64,000 nt of DNA from Laetmonice hystrix (GCA_965235115.1 OZ249436.1:12340001-12404000), one strand, 5' to 3'. Positions 12,601 to 27,108 are shown, counted from the first letter of the stretch. Numbers and translations are program-made. The notes: generated by a model not told the origin, from the letters alone.

Positions 12601-15600
12601 GGGAGGAATTTAGCAGACCTAGGAGGTCTAAAACTAAAATATATCGGATGGCTTTACCGTTTACGGTTGTCCTTGTTGGAATGGGCTTTGAGATTGCGGC
12701 TGTTGTGAAGACTGCTCTACAAACAGATGGTATTTGCTTGTACCAAGAAGTGCAGTCAAGGCCTTTGGGCCTGTGTCCCCTCTTCCTCCACCAGCCAACA
12801 CCCTGTTTTGTTTGTTCTCTTGATTTGCCTCTTGCATGGGCTCAGACTTTGTATAAGGTTCTTGTAGAAGTTGAAATCACTAGAAAACATCCTAGAAAAT
12901 TAGAAGAAAACGTTTGTGTTAAAAGAAAGGTGGTTAGAACCACAAATAGTAAGGTGGGAGAAAAAAGGCACTTCAGCAGGGATGTGGATGTGAACATTAT
13001 TTTTAGCTGAGTACCGGTAGCTTACTGCTGTGCTGTTGCTGTAAATTGTTTTACTGATCATTTGTAGTATACTCTACAGGTCTTCATCAAGTTCTTGCAT
13101 AAATTACAAGTTACGGTATTTGAGTGTCTTACAAAAACGGGATTTGTATTATGAATGTTCTTCACATGGTTGCACCTCCAAAATTACAGTAACTTCTTAG
13201 TTAGGTTCTTTAAAACGTTCATGTCCATAATTCCGTATTAAAGTAGCATGTCTATAAATTAGGTATGAAATGAAAAAAAAAAAAAAGAATTAAGGCGGAT
13301 TAGGCAGACAAGACTATGAAACCCCTCTCTGTACCAAAAGCCCGTGTACAGGAGTACTGCATTAGCATTTTGGCTAGCTTGCTTCCGACGAATATGTCAT
13401 GTAAGCAGATGCATACATGTATCACGAGTATTTGACCTAGTCCGTACGTAACGGACAGTGATTCTTCCACTGTTACAGAGTACCTGTTTAAAGGATAGGG
13501 TAATTTGTTTGACAGTACTCAGCGGATGCTTGTCAAGTTTTCCTTCTCTTTCACTCTCACAAAGGTCGACCCGCGGTAGCCCATGTGTTGACTGCGATGC
13601 ACTGCAGTTTTGACCTTGGCGTGCTCTTAGGTCATTACATGATATTGAGGGAAATTGTTCATGATGACATGCAGAGATTCCTTCCGTAGAGGCAGTCTCA
13701 ACTTTGAGACATCGTGTTTAATATCATAAATGTTTTCAGTTGGCCTGGTACACCCTGTACACATATACCAGGTATGCTACCCGGTAGGTACATGTATGTG
13801 ATGTGTGCAGATGAACAACCAGTTTGTGAGCCTTTACTAGGACCTGTCCGTCCGACCCAGTGACATGGAGCTACGTACGGGACCCGCTGTGGTAGCATGC
13901 CGTCAGAAGATGGTTGGGAGAGGGGTGCACGCCAACAATGAAGGCACATTTTGGGGTGAAGTGGCTCGGTAATTGGGTGAATGAGGACGACTCATTTCCG
14001 GCTTGTTCCTTTACTTATTTAAAAGCTCACGTTAGGTTAACTCTCAGCTGCTGTTCTGTTCATGGCACGTCAGCTAGATAGTCTATTGGCATGCCTAAGT
14101 GACGGTCTAGATGAAAGGCCTGTTAATGTCCGCTAGGCAGATATGTTACATTTGGGGATTTCATTCACGAGGCTTATTTAATCATTGTATAATATTTGTG
14201 CAAAGTGTGCATTGAGAAAAAGACCCTCAGTTATCTCGTATTTGAGCCATAGCTCAACGGATGGGGAGTGGCAATCATCAGTGTGTCAACAGCAACCATT
14301 AGCTGGGGCTGAGTTGAGGTTTCATTGATTTACTGATGTATTGTCTATTCACTTCTGATGAAAGTTAGTTTACAGAATCTTACGTTAAGTATGATTGTGT
14401 ATAGGAGGAATGAACATAAATGTGGCTATTAGATATCCGTGTAGATTTCAGTTTTTTGTGTATTGCGGAACAATGAGTTCTTGCCACAGATCATGTACTC
14501 CTGGTGTAGTGGTTAATCATGTCAGGGATGGTTTATGTGTACAACCAATATAGTTTGGGCTGGCGTTCAACGTCAACATTGTCCACTTGGCGCCAAGTCG
14601 CCATGGAGAGGCTTATCAAAATTTAATATGTACGTGTTCCTCAGGCCCAGTGTGCAACTTGGTACAAACACAGCAGTCAATAGATCGATTCCCCTACAAG
14701 TTGTTCTAGCCATTGTTACGGTCCAGCAACGTGTGCTGCTTGGAAAAAAAAGAGGGAACTTAAAAGACATCTGGTGGTATTCCAATCAACTCAAGTCAGG
14801 AAACAAGACCTGCGTAAAATTTACTATCGAACACTATATTGAAGATGAAATAGGTCATAAACATGACTACATTCGGATAGATTTGCCATATATTTTATAT
14901 CATGAGTACTTGTGCCTATGTCTGACACCGTTTTAAAGTGTACAATATAGTTGTTACATAGTATAAAACTTTGGACCCTGAGGGCTAACACTAAGTTGAA
15001 GGCGGTACTTTAAATATTTGGCAGTGGTGTTTGTGTGTATGACAAAAGCAGCCATGGATAGCGTGCAGGAATTATTGAAGAGATGAGCGTCAGCAACACA
15101 GAGCCTTTTGGGAATTCGGGCTTGGTGCAAACAAGCATCTGGTGCTGCTACCAATGCCCAGATCCCCTCGATGGCGTCACTGATTAGGTTTGGTCAGACT
15201 CAATCATGATTAAAACCCGTTAAGGACAGGAACATGAACAGTAGCAGAGTCCCATGAGACCTTAGGAAATGGATTTACAGCTTTCCATTTCCTTATCTAA
15301 GCAACACCTGTTGATTCAATTTGGGATTTGGAGACCATTGTATTTATGTTTTATTGAGCGTATGTCGATGTTCTACATAAGTGGATTAAGGAGTTCTAAT
15401 CTCCATTACTCATTTTGTTGCCAATTTCAGACGTCAGAGCAACAGGTACACATGAAGTTCTGAATGTCGTTATTCATTCATAGATTGCGCAACTGCGCAA
15501 CTGCTTTGTTTGTGCAGAATTTTGGTACAGTTCTGCTAAATTCAAGGCAATAGAGAAAAAAAAGGAAAGTAGAAAGTAGAAGTTTTAATCTGCTATCTGT

Positions 15601-18600
15601 AGAGCAAGTTTCATGTAGAAAGACATTTGGGGATATCCTTTTTATGTATGGCATAATTGATCACCTGTTGAGAAATTGTCCATGGACGTAAATATGTCAT
15701 AACTGAAATCTTTAGTAAAAATGCTCAGCGAAGCAGTGTTGTTAGCAATGAGAATCCAGAGTCCTCAGTAGATACGTGGAGGTTTAGGGTTGCATACTTA
15801 CAATGCCACTTAGTGCTAGTATACATAATACGTGTCAGGCAGCCGCGTCTTGTAGGAGCTCAGCAATTATTAATAAACGGCCAAGTGGCGCATTGTTACG
15901 ACAGCCAGATGGCCGGAGTTTGATTGACAACAGGGGCCGGGCACTAGGACACTGGGCGGGACCCTCCATAAGTGGCATGGCTGGCTCAACCTCAGTCAGG
16001 CACAGAGGCATCAACGGAGTTCGGCAGTTCTTTGCTGAATACAGCAGACGAGCTAAAAGATTATAGGAATGAAAGAATAAAGAAAAAGGGAATTTAAAAA
16101 AAGAAGAAGAAGAAAAGGAGCTCAAAGCAGTGATTGCCATTGTTTTAATTATTAGTATGGTTGAGGTAGATCTAGGTCTGGGTAGCATGCCTGCAAAATG
16201 AACTTTACCAGATTCTCAGGGTTCCCAGGGAAGGCAAGGTAGGTATAAGTGGGGATCTGTTTAAAATACACACCAGTACTGAGGGTTAATCCTCTAATCT
16301 GCCCTTTGTAATCACCCAGGAGGTAACATCTGATAGTGAAATTGTCTGACTGACGTCAGGTCTTTGGCGGTGATATGGTGGGCAATTTAGGTAGTTGAAC
16401 AGCCTTCTTTTGAGACACCTTGATTATAGAATGGCATCTATGCAAAGTGACCGTGGTTTATTGGTGGGGTATTTTATGACGGCTGTTCTGTCAAGACAGA
16501 TGGATAGTGGAACTGAACGAATCTGTTCATTTAAAGTTGTCCGAGATTGCTCAAATAGGCCTAACTAAAGGCATTGGCGTAACTAGTTTTCAAAAAAGAG
16601 GTCGGGGGGCGGGCAAGGGATTCATAAACTGGTATTGCCTTATTCAGTTATTGGACAAAAACTTCCCTTAATGGCCTTATCAAGGGACATCATGGGTAGC
16701 GTATACGGAGGGGGACGTTATCAGCGTCATGAGGGGGCGACTCGATCCACCCTCTAAAACCAATGAATTAAAACCCATGAATACCAGGGGGTAGTTACAG
16801 TGGTTCCTCGTGTGACATGTGGGTTTCCACCCAGTTGTTCAGTGCCGCGTCCCGAGCGGCCTGCGCAGTGCAACAGAGGGCCACCACCAGCGTGACAGTC
16901 GGGACATTATGAATCGAGCCGTAGACAATGAGCGTACATATGAAACACATTCCAGAGAGCACCTTTAACTGAACGGTGTGCACACAACGACGGTCGGGCG
17001 GCCGGACGGCACAGAGCACGCTTGGGTGGACGGTGTTCACAAGATGGAAGGGAGGGGGGCGGTCCGGGCCATGTAGGCCCACTTTGTCGGACCTAACCGC
17101 TGGCCGCCCGCACGCCCGCTCAGATGGTCATACGCCTTCACAGTTGCATGCAGCCCAACCATAAACTTAAAAAAACCGCTGAAAGTTGAAGTTTTGTTTG
17201 GCTCCAACAGTAAGGACGTTGACAATTACATTGTGGAAATAGAGGCTGAGGTAAATAAAGCACCGAATACAAACAATGCCAAGCATTGTTGACGGTTCAC
17301 AGCCAGACGCAGGTGAGTTGGCCGAGGTATTCACAACCAACCGAAAAAAAGAAAAAAAAACTGATATATGTGTGATTTATAAAAACAGTAGGTCTTGTGC
17401 TATAAAGTCTCCCCAGTCAAGTAAAGCTATAAAGAACCATGTGCTGAAAAATGGATTCTTGTCCTGGTATCATATTTTCATTAAGGAGGTGAAAACTTTT
17501 TCTTGGGAGATAGTTTTGGTTGCTTTCATGCAGGATGCAGACAACACAATTGTTACATCCAGAATTTCTCACCTCCCTGATGACTTCACTGCCACTTAAG
17601 CCATCCTATATTAAAATAGGAAGGTGGCCTGTGTTATCTCTTTATCTCTTTTGCATAAACAGCCCGGGTGACTTTCTCTCCTTAAAACAGAAGTTAAATT
17701 GATCATGTTAAATCAGGGTTGCCTGATTAAGATGTCACAGAAAGCCTGCATCATGGCATTTATTCTATGAAGAAGGAGAATGACCAAAGGAAAGTTTGAA
17801 GTAGGGATTTCCCTTTTTCCATTTCCCGCTGATATTATAGATGACTACTATCAAAAATTTGATTAAAACATGTACATGTATGTAGATACGATAAAAAGAC
17901 ATTTGTATTTTCTCTTTACAGTAACCTTTGGAATGGCTTCATCAACGATGTACTACTACACCAAGGTTATGTCTGAACTCTTCCTTGATACACAATTCCC
18001 TGACACAAAGAACACATTCCGAGGGATGACAACTATGCATGATTTCTGGCGGGTAAGTAAAAAAAACTTAAATTTGATTGCAAATGGATGAGGCCTGTAT
18101 TAAAAATTTAAAATTACCAATAATTTTTGTGGTGAAATCCTTTGATAACATTGCACCATGCAGAAATTTCGTAAGACTGATTAAAATCATTCATGTATAA
18201 TTGTCAAATTTGATGCTTGATGTTCAATGCAGTTTGCTGAGTCCCCACTGGTGGATGGCCTTTACTGGGAAACGTGGTACAATGGTGAAACTGTAGCTGA
18301 CCCCGGCTATATTTTCTATGAAAACAAACTACTTGGCGTCCCTCGCTTGCGCCAGCTGAAAGTTCGTAATGATTCCTGCACAGTCCATGATGACTTCAAG
18401 AAAGAAATCAAGACCTGCTTTGACAGTTATGCAGAAAGTATTGAAGATACAAAGCCATTTGGAAAGATGAACGGTACTGCGTAAGTATACCTGGTAATCC
18501 TGAAACCATGTGGGATTTTAGTTTAGAGGTTTAGATTTAGCTAAATGTTGTTGTTTAACGTTAAAATTAGCTCTAGGATTTTCTAAAGAACTAAGGGAAA

Positions 18601-21600
18601 GTATTGAGATCTTAATGCCAATTTAGAGGTAAAAGTAAAAAAAAATAACTAAAGATAGCAACACAAACCAAAACATCTGAAGGTCAGAGTTTGGTAGGGA
18701 GCAGGGGCTGTAGAAAAATTTAAGAAATACATGTTTCTTTTTCCTCTCCCAATCCCGCTAGGTGGAATTACCAATCTGAGGATGAGCTGCATGGGTCAGG
18801 CCACAATGGCCTGATTTCTCACTATTCAGGAGCTGGCTACGTTCAGACCCTGGCCACAACCAAAGCAGAGAGTCTCGCAATCGTTAAGGACCTCAGAGAC
18901 AACATGTGGCTTGATCGTGGAACACGTGCGGTGTTTGTGGACTTTACGGTGTATAATGCAAATATCAACCTTTTTTGTGTTGTGAGGTAAAAACCTTTCC
19001 AACTTTTTTTGTACCTTTCTTATAAAATACAGGGTTCAGTCTTGGGAATGTTTTGATGGACCAAGGCCACCCAGTATCATGTTTAATTACCAGATTTTCT
19101 CTTTGAGTCGATTAAGATAGACTATTTCAGTATTTGTTCTTCAATCAGATTAAGTGTATCTCTCAAGTAAATGATTCCATGATAACTACAATATTAAATG
19201 ATCCTTTCCTTTTGAGCTTCATGCTCTCTACTTTTGACAATAAATATTGGTTGTTCTGTTTCTCATGTAAGTTTGTTTTGGTCCTCAGTATTGTTTTTTT
19301 TTTATGCGAGACACATGTGTATCTTGTCTGAATTGTTTGCATTGTTTTGGACTACAGCATTCATTTTTCAGTGCATTTAAGTGAATACCAAACAACTCGA
19401 TCTTTTCTAACTGGTATTTTATTTCTGTATCTCCAGACTCCTCGTCGAATTCCCTGCTACTGGTGGCGCTATTCCACAATGGAGCTTCCGAACCGTCAAA
19501 CTTATCCGCTATGTTTCTGTGATGGATTACTTTGTAATGGCCTGTGAATGCATCTTCATGCTCTTCATCTTTTATTATCTGGTGGAGGAATCTATTGAGA
19601 TCAAGAAGCACAAGCTGTCATATTTCAAGTCATTCTGGAACATCCTCGACATCATGGTCATCATTATATCAATTGTGTGTGTGGCTTTCAATGTCTACCG
19701 CTCGATTGCTGTGACCAACAAGCTGGAGACCCTGCTTGAGGATCCACTAACCTATCCAGACTTTGAATTCCTTAGCTACTGGCAAGTGCAGTTCAATTCT
19801 GCCATTGCCATAGCGGTCTTCATGGCCTGGGTTAAAGTCTTCAAATACATAAGCTTCAACAAGACTATGACACAGCTGTCTTCAACACTTGCTGCATGCG
19901 CAAAGGATCTGGCTGGATTTGCAGTCATGTTCTTTATCATCTTCTTGGCGTTTGCACAGCTAGGTTACTTGATCTTTGGCACTCAAGTGAAGGACTTCTC
20001 ACGCTTTGAGAATGCAGTGTAAGTACACATTCGTCATAGAAAAAGCAATGAAGTGTATAATAGTAGGTCACGGTAAATGGGAGAAAAGGGGTAAAGTCAT
20101 AAAGTCCATTCCACAACACTGATAATCATTATAAGTAGCCTTCACAAAACTTTCATACAAAATGAGATTTTCTCCTAGTGATTCTGTACTTTATAAGCTT
20201 TAGACAAGATTTCATTTAAATTCTGCAGTATTTAAAGATACTGAATAGTATCTTCCTGTTTATAACGAAAGTCTATGTTTTACAGGTTCACACTGTTCCG
20301 AATCATTCTTGGCGACTTCAACTTCCATGAGCTGGAAGAAGCTGATCGTGTCCTGGGACCATTGTACTTTACGTTGTATGTCTTCTTTGTGTTCTTTGTG
20401 CTGATCAACATGTTCTTGGCCATTATTAACGATACATACTCGGAGGTTAAGGCTGACATTGCCAACCAGAAGAACGAGTTTGAGATGACTGACTACTTCA
20501 AAAAGGTGAGCTGCAGAGATCATAGATTCAAGTAACAGTGAACCAAGCAAATTTCCCATGGAACTTAGTCAGGAAGATGTGAACAATAGACAAGCTTTTT
20601 GTTCTTCATTTACCATTGTCAGTGTTACTTTTTAATTTATACAACTATATATTTGACCCCAACCCTGGCCGTAGCTGTATTATTGACATCTCGAGTGCTT
20701 GAGTAACACCATACCAACGCTCATTACTCTCTGTCTTTAACCTTATTTTTGTGTTTTGTATGATTTCATATTGTGGTCTTTGATTTTTTGGCTGGCCAGA
20801 TTTTCCCCATACAGCTGATATATTGTTATTAAGGTCACTACAAGTTCCCAAACGTAAGCAACACTATCGGTAGCATTCATTACATAAATGTTGTCTTTTT
20901 AATAGGGTTACAATCGGATGTTGGACAAGATGAACTTCAAGAGGGACAAAATAGTAGACATTCAGAAAGCGTTGACAACGGCGGATATTAACCAGGATAA
21001 TAGGCTTGATTTCGAGGAATGGCGTCAGGACCTTAAAACGTGAGTGTCTAGTCCCTGGATACACAGTATTATTTAAGTTTTATGCCAGTTCGTTAGCATT
21101 CTTCTTATACATAACTCAAGTAATGTCTTCGTTCCATTCTAAATCCTGACTCTCGCACCTATTTTATTGATACACCACATGGTATGCATTGGTCTGTTTT
21201 TCAGGCGTGGCTATGCTGAGGCTGAAATTGAGGCAGTGTTTGCCAAGTACGATCTTGATGGTGACAGAGTTCTAGATGCAGGCGAGCAGAAGAAAATGCA
21301 GGCTGATCTTGAGGGCCAGAAAGTGGCTCTGAATAAAGAATTTGAGGACTTGGAGGATAAAAATGCACGCCCAAAGTCTGGGCGACAAGGAAGCAGTTTT
21401 GAGGGAGAAAGTGGAGACGAAAGTGATGACGAGGATAGTGGAACCAAATCTTCGCGAACAGGCCGGGTGGTCAATGGGGTGTCATATGAAGAGTTCACAG
21501 TTCTCTCAAGACGGGTTGATCGAATGGAGCACTCCATTGGTAGCATTGTCAGCAAGATTGATGCTGTTCTTGTCAAACTGGAAGCCATGGAGCGAGCTAA

Positions 21601-23833
21601 GAGTAAACGTCGTGAGACAATGAGCAAGATCCTAGATAGTATTACAGAAGTAAGTGTCAGTTTTTATTTTGCTTATTTGAATTTTGCCTATTCCTTCCTT
21701 GTTTCTAAATTAACTTGCAGTGATAGTCAGATTTACTGTATCAAACAAAAGTACTGTTTTACAGCAGGTCAAACTATTCTACTGCTAATTTTTTCACCCA
21801 ACTTACCCTCTTTCAGTCCGATGGCAACAGCGATGAAGTGAAACGGGAACAGATGGAGAGGCTGGTACGAGAGGAACTCGAACGTTGGGATTCTGAGTCA
21901 TCCATTGGTCAGGCCAGTGCTAGAGGTGCCTCACCATCAGGAAGTAGCAGTGCGCGTGGCCTGCGACCGCGGTCCCGGCCAGCATCAGGTCAAGCTGGGG
22001 TGAGAACCAGTTTAGACTTGCCTAGTACATAAATAATGTTACATTGTCTACAGGGGGTACTCTAGGTACCGGATTAAAGCAAGACATCCTAAAATAGCCA
22101 ACCTCTCAATCATAGCCTTCATGTTTATCAAACTTTATGGTTTACTTTAATCTTTACTTAAAAAACTGTGTAATGGTTTTGTTTTCGATTTCTTTGGAGG
22201 GGGAAAGTATGTTCATGTTCATGTAGGATCATTAATGTTGGGACCATTTATGAAAAAGACAGAAATAATTGACACTTTATGTAGGAGTTAACAGTTTAAT
22301 CTGCCGAGTATCATCGGGTTGTATGTAAGGTATTTGTGTCTCGGTGACATTAAATGGTATAATTTTGGTTAATCCCTCACAGCAAGGCCACTCTGAAGTC
22401 TAGTGTGGTAAATTTGACATTTATTTACATGAACAAGAGTCATAGTTAAGTACCATGAGGCAGCAATCCATTTTCGATTGAATACCAGGCATAGGAATTA
22501 ATGTGCCTTGTTAAAACTTTAATGTAGTAAATGCCAGGTATTTGATCATGACTCTGTGACTACGTAGATATTAACGTTTGGTTGTTCTGTCTGGTTTCTT
22601 GTTTTGTTGTTTCTATGTTGTCGTAATCTCTGACAGGATTTGAGGACATCTATATATGTGTGCACGAGCTTTTTTTTAGCCCTAAACCTGAAGTGGTGGG
22701 GGCTTTTAATTTGCCCTCCTTCCGTCAGTTCATCCATCCATACATCCATAGACAGCGATTTCTCAGACATGTATGGGTCAAATAGTATGAAACTTTACAC
22801 AGTGATCAGGGACGGTCTGGGGATGATGCAAGTCAAATTTGATATAATTGAAAATGGCTGTGGGGGGCTGTGACGCCGATGGGATCTTGTTTAGGAGCTT
22901 CAACCTTGAGTCACGTTCCAATACATTTGTACCTAGTGACAATCATATCACATGTGCAAGACAGAATAGGTCTTGTTTGGGGGGGGGGGGGGGGCTGTAA
23001 GCTTCACAAGCTTGTTATTCCTATTTCTATTATTGAAATAAATAATTAAAATAATTTACGGATCAACTGCCCAAAAGTTCATCGCGCATCTAAGCGTTAC
23101 AGGACTTGTCTTGTTAACTGAGCAGATGAGCTGTGTACATTATTCAGTTGAGAAAGTTAGAAATACATCGAGTTGGCTGACAGTTACCTTGAATTCTTTT
23201 ATCTTCTTTGTTCTTATTCCTTTCTGCTTCCATGTAAGACTCAGACGTTGAATTGTTGTGTTTAATGAGCTGAATTTAAGAGTGTTGGATATTTTACACC
23301 TCCAAACACGTGAACTAATTAGTGCTTAGTCAATGCACCAATTTTCTGTATTTATCTGTTTAGTTATGAAGTAAAAATGAGTACCGGGGTAGAATACGTT
23401 GATGCATTCCTCATACGTTTCTGCCTTCCTCATACTTCTCTGTCTTTGGTGAACTGCCAGTGTTTCTGATATCGTACAGGTATATCTCCATAGTTTTCCA
23501 TAAGTGTTCCATATGTTATGATGTTGTTGTTTGTTGGCATGATGGAGCAGAGTAAAATAGCACTTGTAACTTAATGAAGCTCAAGCCTTAGCCATTGTAG
23601 GTGTATCATGTCGTAAATTTAACTAATTATTAGCGCATTAATCGGCATGCATCTCGGGGTTTCTTATAACATTATCGTTAAAGGAAAACGGAAAGTACTG
23701 TATTTATCGTTATTTCCTAGTGATGTTTATTCAGAGAGCTGTAATTATACTGTAGTGAGGAGTTTTTGGTAAAATATTGTTTGTTCTTTCCTTGCAGGAA
23801 TTCTTTGACAGACTGAACAGCAGTAGTGTATGA
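6666..23833 (+). CDS. PKD2: Polycystin-2 (TRPP) cation channel, invertebrate PKD2/PKD2L-type, 854 aa
   Basis: Exons 6666-6912, 12379-12492, 17922-18052, 18233-18480, 18762-18986, 19437-20018, 20286-20505, 20906-21039, 21205-21649, 21817-21999, 23798-23833. All introns are GT-AG and phase-consistent; total 2565 nt. Motifs: [41 protein letters not shown], pore [23 protein letters not shown]-hands, coiled coil [28 protein letters not shown]. The last exon is less certain; an alternative stop lies at 22032. Confidence 0.97.
7497..7667. mobile_element. PIF/Harbinger-like MITE
   Basis: Imperfect TIR GGATGCATTCCACTAA / TTAGTGGAACGGACCC, CTG on both flanks, internal AAAGACGTCTTT palindromic repeats. 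Confidence 0.55.
22670..22891 (+). mobile_element. Helentron/HINE-like non-autonomous element
   Basis: T-rich 5' flank, TTTTTAGCC start, TCCA-type microsatellite, then ATTTCTCAG..ATGAAACTT core. Layout resembles DINE-1/HINE elements; recognised by layout only. Confidence 0.4.
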
Positions 23834-25923
23834 CCCTGGCAAATGAACGCTTTCAACATGGTTTGAGCTTTACGTGAGCGGGCATCACAGCGCGTATGCT
23901 GCCAGCCTAGAGATTGTGAAGAGTGAACAGGAGATGAGAATAATTAAGGAATCCTACATTTTGTCGCACCCAACTTTACATCAGGTGTTTTAAATTATGT
24001 GTTCTAGGACTAGTGCACCACATCGCCATACAGACATATTGGAGCGATGCAGCACAAATCACAAGCAGCAAATATTACATCATTATTTTTTACTTTTTTC
24101 CATGGTCGTTCTGCAGTCCATGGAATAGGTACCCGGTACAAGCTCTTGTAGGCTTGTTCTCCCTACTCACAGGTCATCTTGCATTGATGTATGATTTGTT
24201 CCTCTGTCTAAGACCACGTGTCAAGTAATTGTACAGTTCGGTTCAAACATTCACCGGTACTCATGTATATCATTTTACCCTTTGTCATTTCCTCGTAACT
24301 TATTGCTGTATTATTAGTATTATATTGCATTCAGATTGCAGAGAACATTATGATAGTACAATACAGCCTGTTGTATTTCAAATTTAATTTGTACCACTTA
24401 CTTTATGCCGGGTAGCATGTGATCAGGTATTGAGATTTCTTTTTTAGCCCCCCCGGATGTTTAGAGCTCCTCCTTGACTGGCATGTTAACGTTGATAATT
24501 GGACAGAGTGGAGAAAGAGCTATCCAAAAAAGGGACCAACTACGCAAAATTTCCTGCCAAATTTGTCGAAAGTGTTTTGCCTTATACAAAAACCCCAAAT
24601 AGGCGCAGTGTCTTGTTACCACTGGGTACAGATTTTGATGGAGTTAAAGATCACGCCCATGCTGGCTGATTCAAAGACTTCTTTCTTTGTCACTTGTCAC
24701 ATTTTGAGATTTCATAGAAACTGTTTCAGGTATGGTCCCAAAATGGTGGTTCCTTAAAGAAGCTTAGAGGCTTGGATGTACTTATCAGCATATAGCGTTT
24801 ATGCAAATCAAAGTATCTGTGATTGGGGGTATCCAGCAGAGGGGAGAAACCAGGTCCTGTGGTACCCCACTGTTGTATAAAAATAGACAAATAGAAATGG
24901 CGAATGGAACTCGAAATAATTCAAAAGAGCATGCCCAGATAGCGAGGTATTTGATTAATTTAGAACTTATCAACTTTTAATGATTTTAAACAAAACCTAT
25001 ATTGCACTCTGTAGGCACTACAAGTACACTTATCTAACAATCTTCTTGTGGTTAGATTATTTCAATCAGCAACCACTTTAGAAGTGCATTTTTGTGTCTT
25101 CAAGATTTCTGTTTCAACAGGAGTTGTAAGAATGATCTTATCGCTTTCATTATAAAGTAGTAGATAAGAAAAAATTATTTCAAATTTTATGGAATTGAAA
25201 ATTGGTGAAAATTATTTATTATAAAATACCTAGATGTGAGTCACTCTATTAGGGAACATGTTATTGTATGTTCAGCTTGGTTAGACAAGTGTGACCAGAA
25301 TAATCCGTCCAAAGTGAGTCAGCAAATGTATTAGTGAATTGTAAATTGAAACAATAAATCTGTGATGAGTTGTACATTTGAGAATCAAAGGATTGTACAT
25401 ATATTTGGAATACTAACTAATGGTAAGTCTAGTATAGTTTCCTTTTTCATACAACTTCTGAGAACGGTCACTGTATCTAGCCACCCATCAATTCTTCCTG
25501 TGTGTACAGGTGTGTAAAATAAATATCATGTTCATGACATAGGCATTTCTGTGTTGTTCGTTTAACCCTTTAGATACTATTATCGCCATATAATACATAA
25601 CTGGATCCTACAAGTTATCAAGTAGAAAGTGTTTTCGCCTTCAGAGAGATTTCCATGTTTTCGCTTTGTAACCCAACTGTACAGATTCGTCCCGATCACA
25701 GGCGAAGGGACGAAGGAACTCCCGTCTTTTCCTTCTGAATTCGTAGGTTCTTGCAAATACTGGCAGAAGGGCACCCTAACACGGCCCCATTATGGCCCTA
25801 AGGGCGTCCCCGGTATCCCGAGTAGTAATGCCGAAAGAAACGGGCCGTTCGTTATTAGGCCTTTGGACGCAATATCTTTTCTTTGAACTTTAATAAAAGT
25901 CATATTACGAATACTGACTTGAA

Positions 25924-26054
25924 CAGGGCCGTGCCCAGAGATTGGTGGGGGTGGGGGTGGGGATCCAAGTGTTAGGACCTAAAAAAACTATAAACAAAAT
26001 CTTTGGCACCCAGGGGGTTATAGACACAAAAAAAAAACCCTGGGCACGGCCCTG
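25924..26054. mobile_element. MITE with 6-bp TSD (hAT6-like)
   Basis: Perfect 15-bp TIR CAGGGCCGTGCCCAG / CTGGGCACGGCCCTG; TSD CTTGAA (25918-25923, 26055-26060). Confidence 0.88.
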
Positions 26055-26451
26055 CTTGAAGGTCTTCATACGTAAATCCCTAAGGGCAACTCTACCACTA
26101 ACACCAACATCCAATCCAACACCCTATTTTTAGGGTAGGCCTACATTGAGGTTTGATTCAGGCCTATTAACTCTATTAAACATGCGAGATGTTTCCTTTC
26201 TACTATAAAGACAGTGTCTTTATTTAATAGATTTTCAAATTTATATTGCGTCAGTACGAAGACCTAGAGGGGACATGTTATTTTATTATTATTATTATTT
26301 TCTTTTTAATCTGCTATTGGGTACGAGCCCGTCTTCGGTTATAAAACGTACCGATCCAAAGCCTGTCACTGGTTATTAGCGATATCGTTAACTTTAATCG
26401 GAATGCATAAGACTCCCGAACACGATCTGCAACATATTTCTGGACCCCAGC

Positions 26452-26688
26452 TTTGGACCCATCCATTTCACCCAAATTGATTTACTGACATTAAATAAGC
26501 CTACTTCCCGACCCGGGTTTTATAGCCAGAGATGCAATTCTATCGTAAACTTCCAAAAATCGTCCCAGCAAGAGGGCGCCGCCATGCATAGGCCTATTGA
26601 AATTTGCTGATGAAATAATCTGTATTATATGATGTTTATGTAGGCCTACATAGATTATGTAAGCGACCAATTGGTCAACTTCAGTCCC
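26452..26688 (+). repeat. Dispersed repeat fragment; second copy at 33101-33325
   Basis: Both loci share CCATTTCACCCAAATTGATT..GGGTTTTATA..CAGAGATG..AATTCTATC..CTTCCAAAAA..GTCCCAGCA..TTGGTCAACTTCAGTCCC. Confidence 0.75.
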
Positions 26689-27013
26689 GTCAGTTCGTCT
26701 TGATATATGCATAGCGAAACAGTCTCGCGTTGTTCATATCGCGCGATGTATGCATTGTGCTGGAGACCTACGTGTTGCGTTCACACGTCGGCCTAAGGGG
26801 GCGACCATTAAATAAATTCTCCCTAACTATGCCTGAAATAAATAATGTGTTATCAGTAGGCCTATCTGGAAATAAATAGAGTGTCATGTAAAATAAATAG
26901 GCCTACAATTTTGCCATGAGGGTTGCCAAAAAATAATTGAGACAGTCCACTCTTTGAAGTAAAAAAAAATATTCCTAAGAAAAAAACCAGGTCCAATATG
27001 TTATGACGTAATG

Positions 27014-27024
27014 TTCTTTCTATT

Positions 27025-27108
<84 letters not shown>

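Noticed and set aside
12493..13010. 213-aa ORF 12369-13010 as a single coding exon
   Set aside because: Only 12379-12492 matches PKD2; the rest is intron read-through beyond a GTAAGT donor.
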